Assembly (NCBI GenBank): GCA_030264375.1
Contig: JASCQW010000190.1
Span: 104,154,047-104,218,046 of the forward strand
DNA length: 64,000 nucleotides
Reading direction: 5' to 3'
Origin: Carcharhinus longimanus
Lineage: Eukaryota
The translations under genes and the position numbers were made by a program. The notes below the pieces were generated by a model. It was not told the origin of the DNA and did no database searches. It saw only the letters and a list, made by a program, of their open reading frames with translations. Positions 63,971 to 64,000 of this stretch are shown one piece after another. Each line of letters opens with the position of its first letter. Positions within the stretch are counted from its first letter, which is position 1.

Positions 63971-64000
63971 GACCTTCATGAATAACCTCAACTGGTATGG

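Overview
Eukaryotic genomic DNA from a cartilaginous fish, most likely a shark. The evidence is HE1/V-SINEs, DeuSINE/SacSINE1-like SINEs, and CR1, Rex1/Babar and Penelope retroelements typical of elasmobranchs, in a draft assembly with many N gaps. The only confidently recognisable gene is protocadherin-19 (PCDH19) on the minus strand. Its very large GC-rich first coding exon (58443-55981) covers the signal peptide, EC1-6, the TM and about 120 aa of cytoplasmic tail, and ends at a GTGAGT donor. Everything from 55980 to the left edge appears to be one repeat-rich intron of at least 56 kb; I found no downstream PCDH19 exon by eye. The region 58444-64000 is 5'UTR/promoter. I cannot support an intact novel multi-gene system. 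The most interesting observations are: the uninterrupted PCDH19 exon; decayed Penelope-type minimal hammerhead motifs, including a 188-bp hairpin; V-SINEs with two different LINE-like tails; a two-LTR Gypsy relic; a 21-bp hairpin minisatellite; a dispersed direct repeat; uORFs; and an unexplained signal-peptide ORF antisense in the intron. Repeat boundaries are estimates made by eye.
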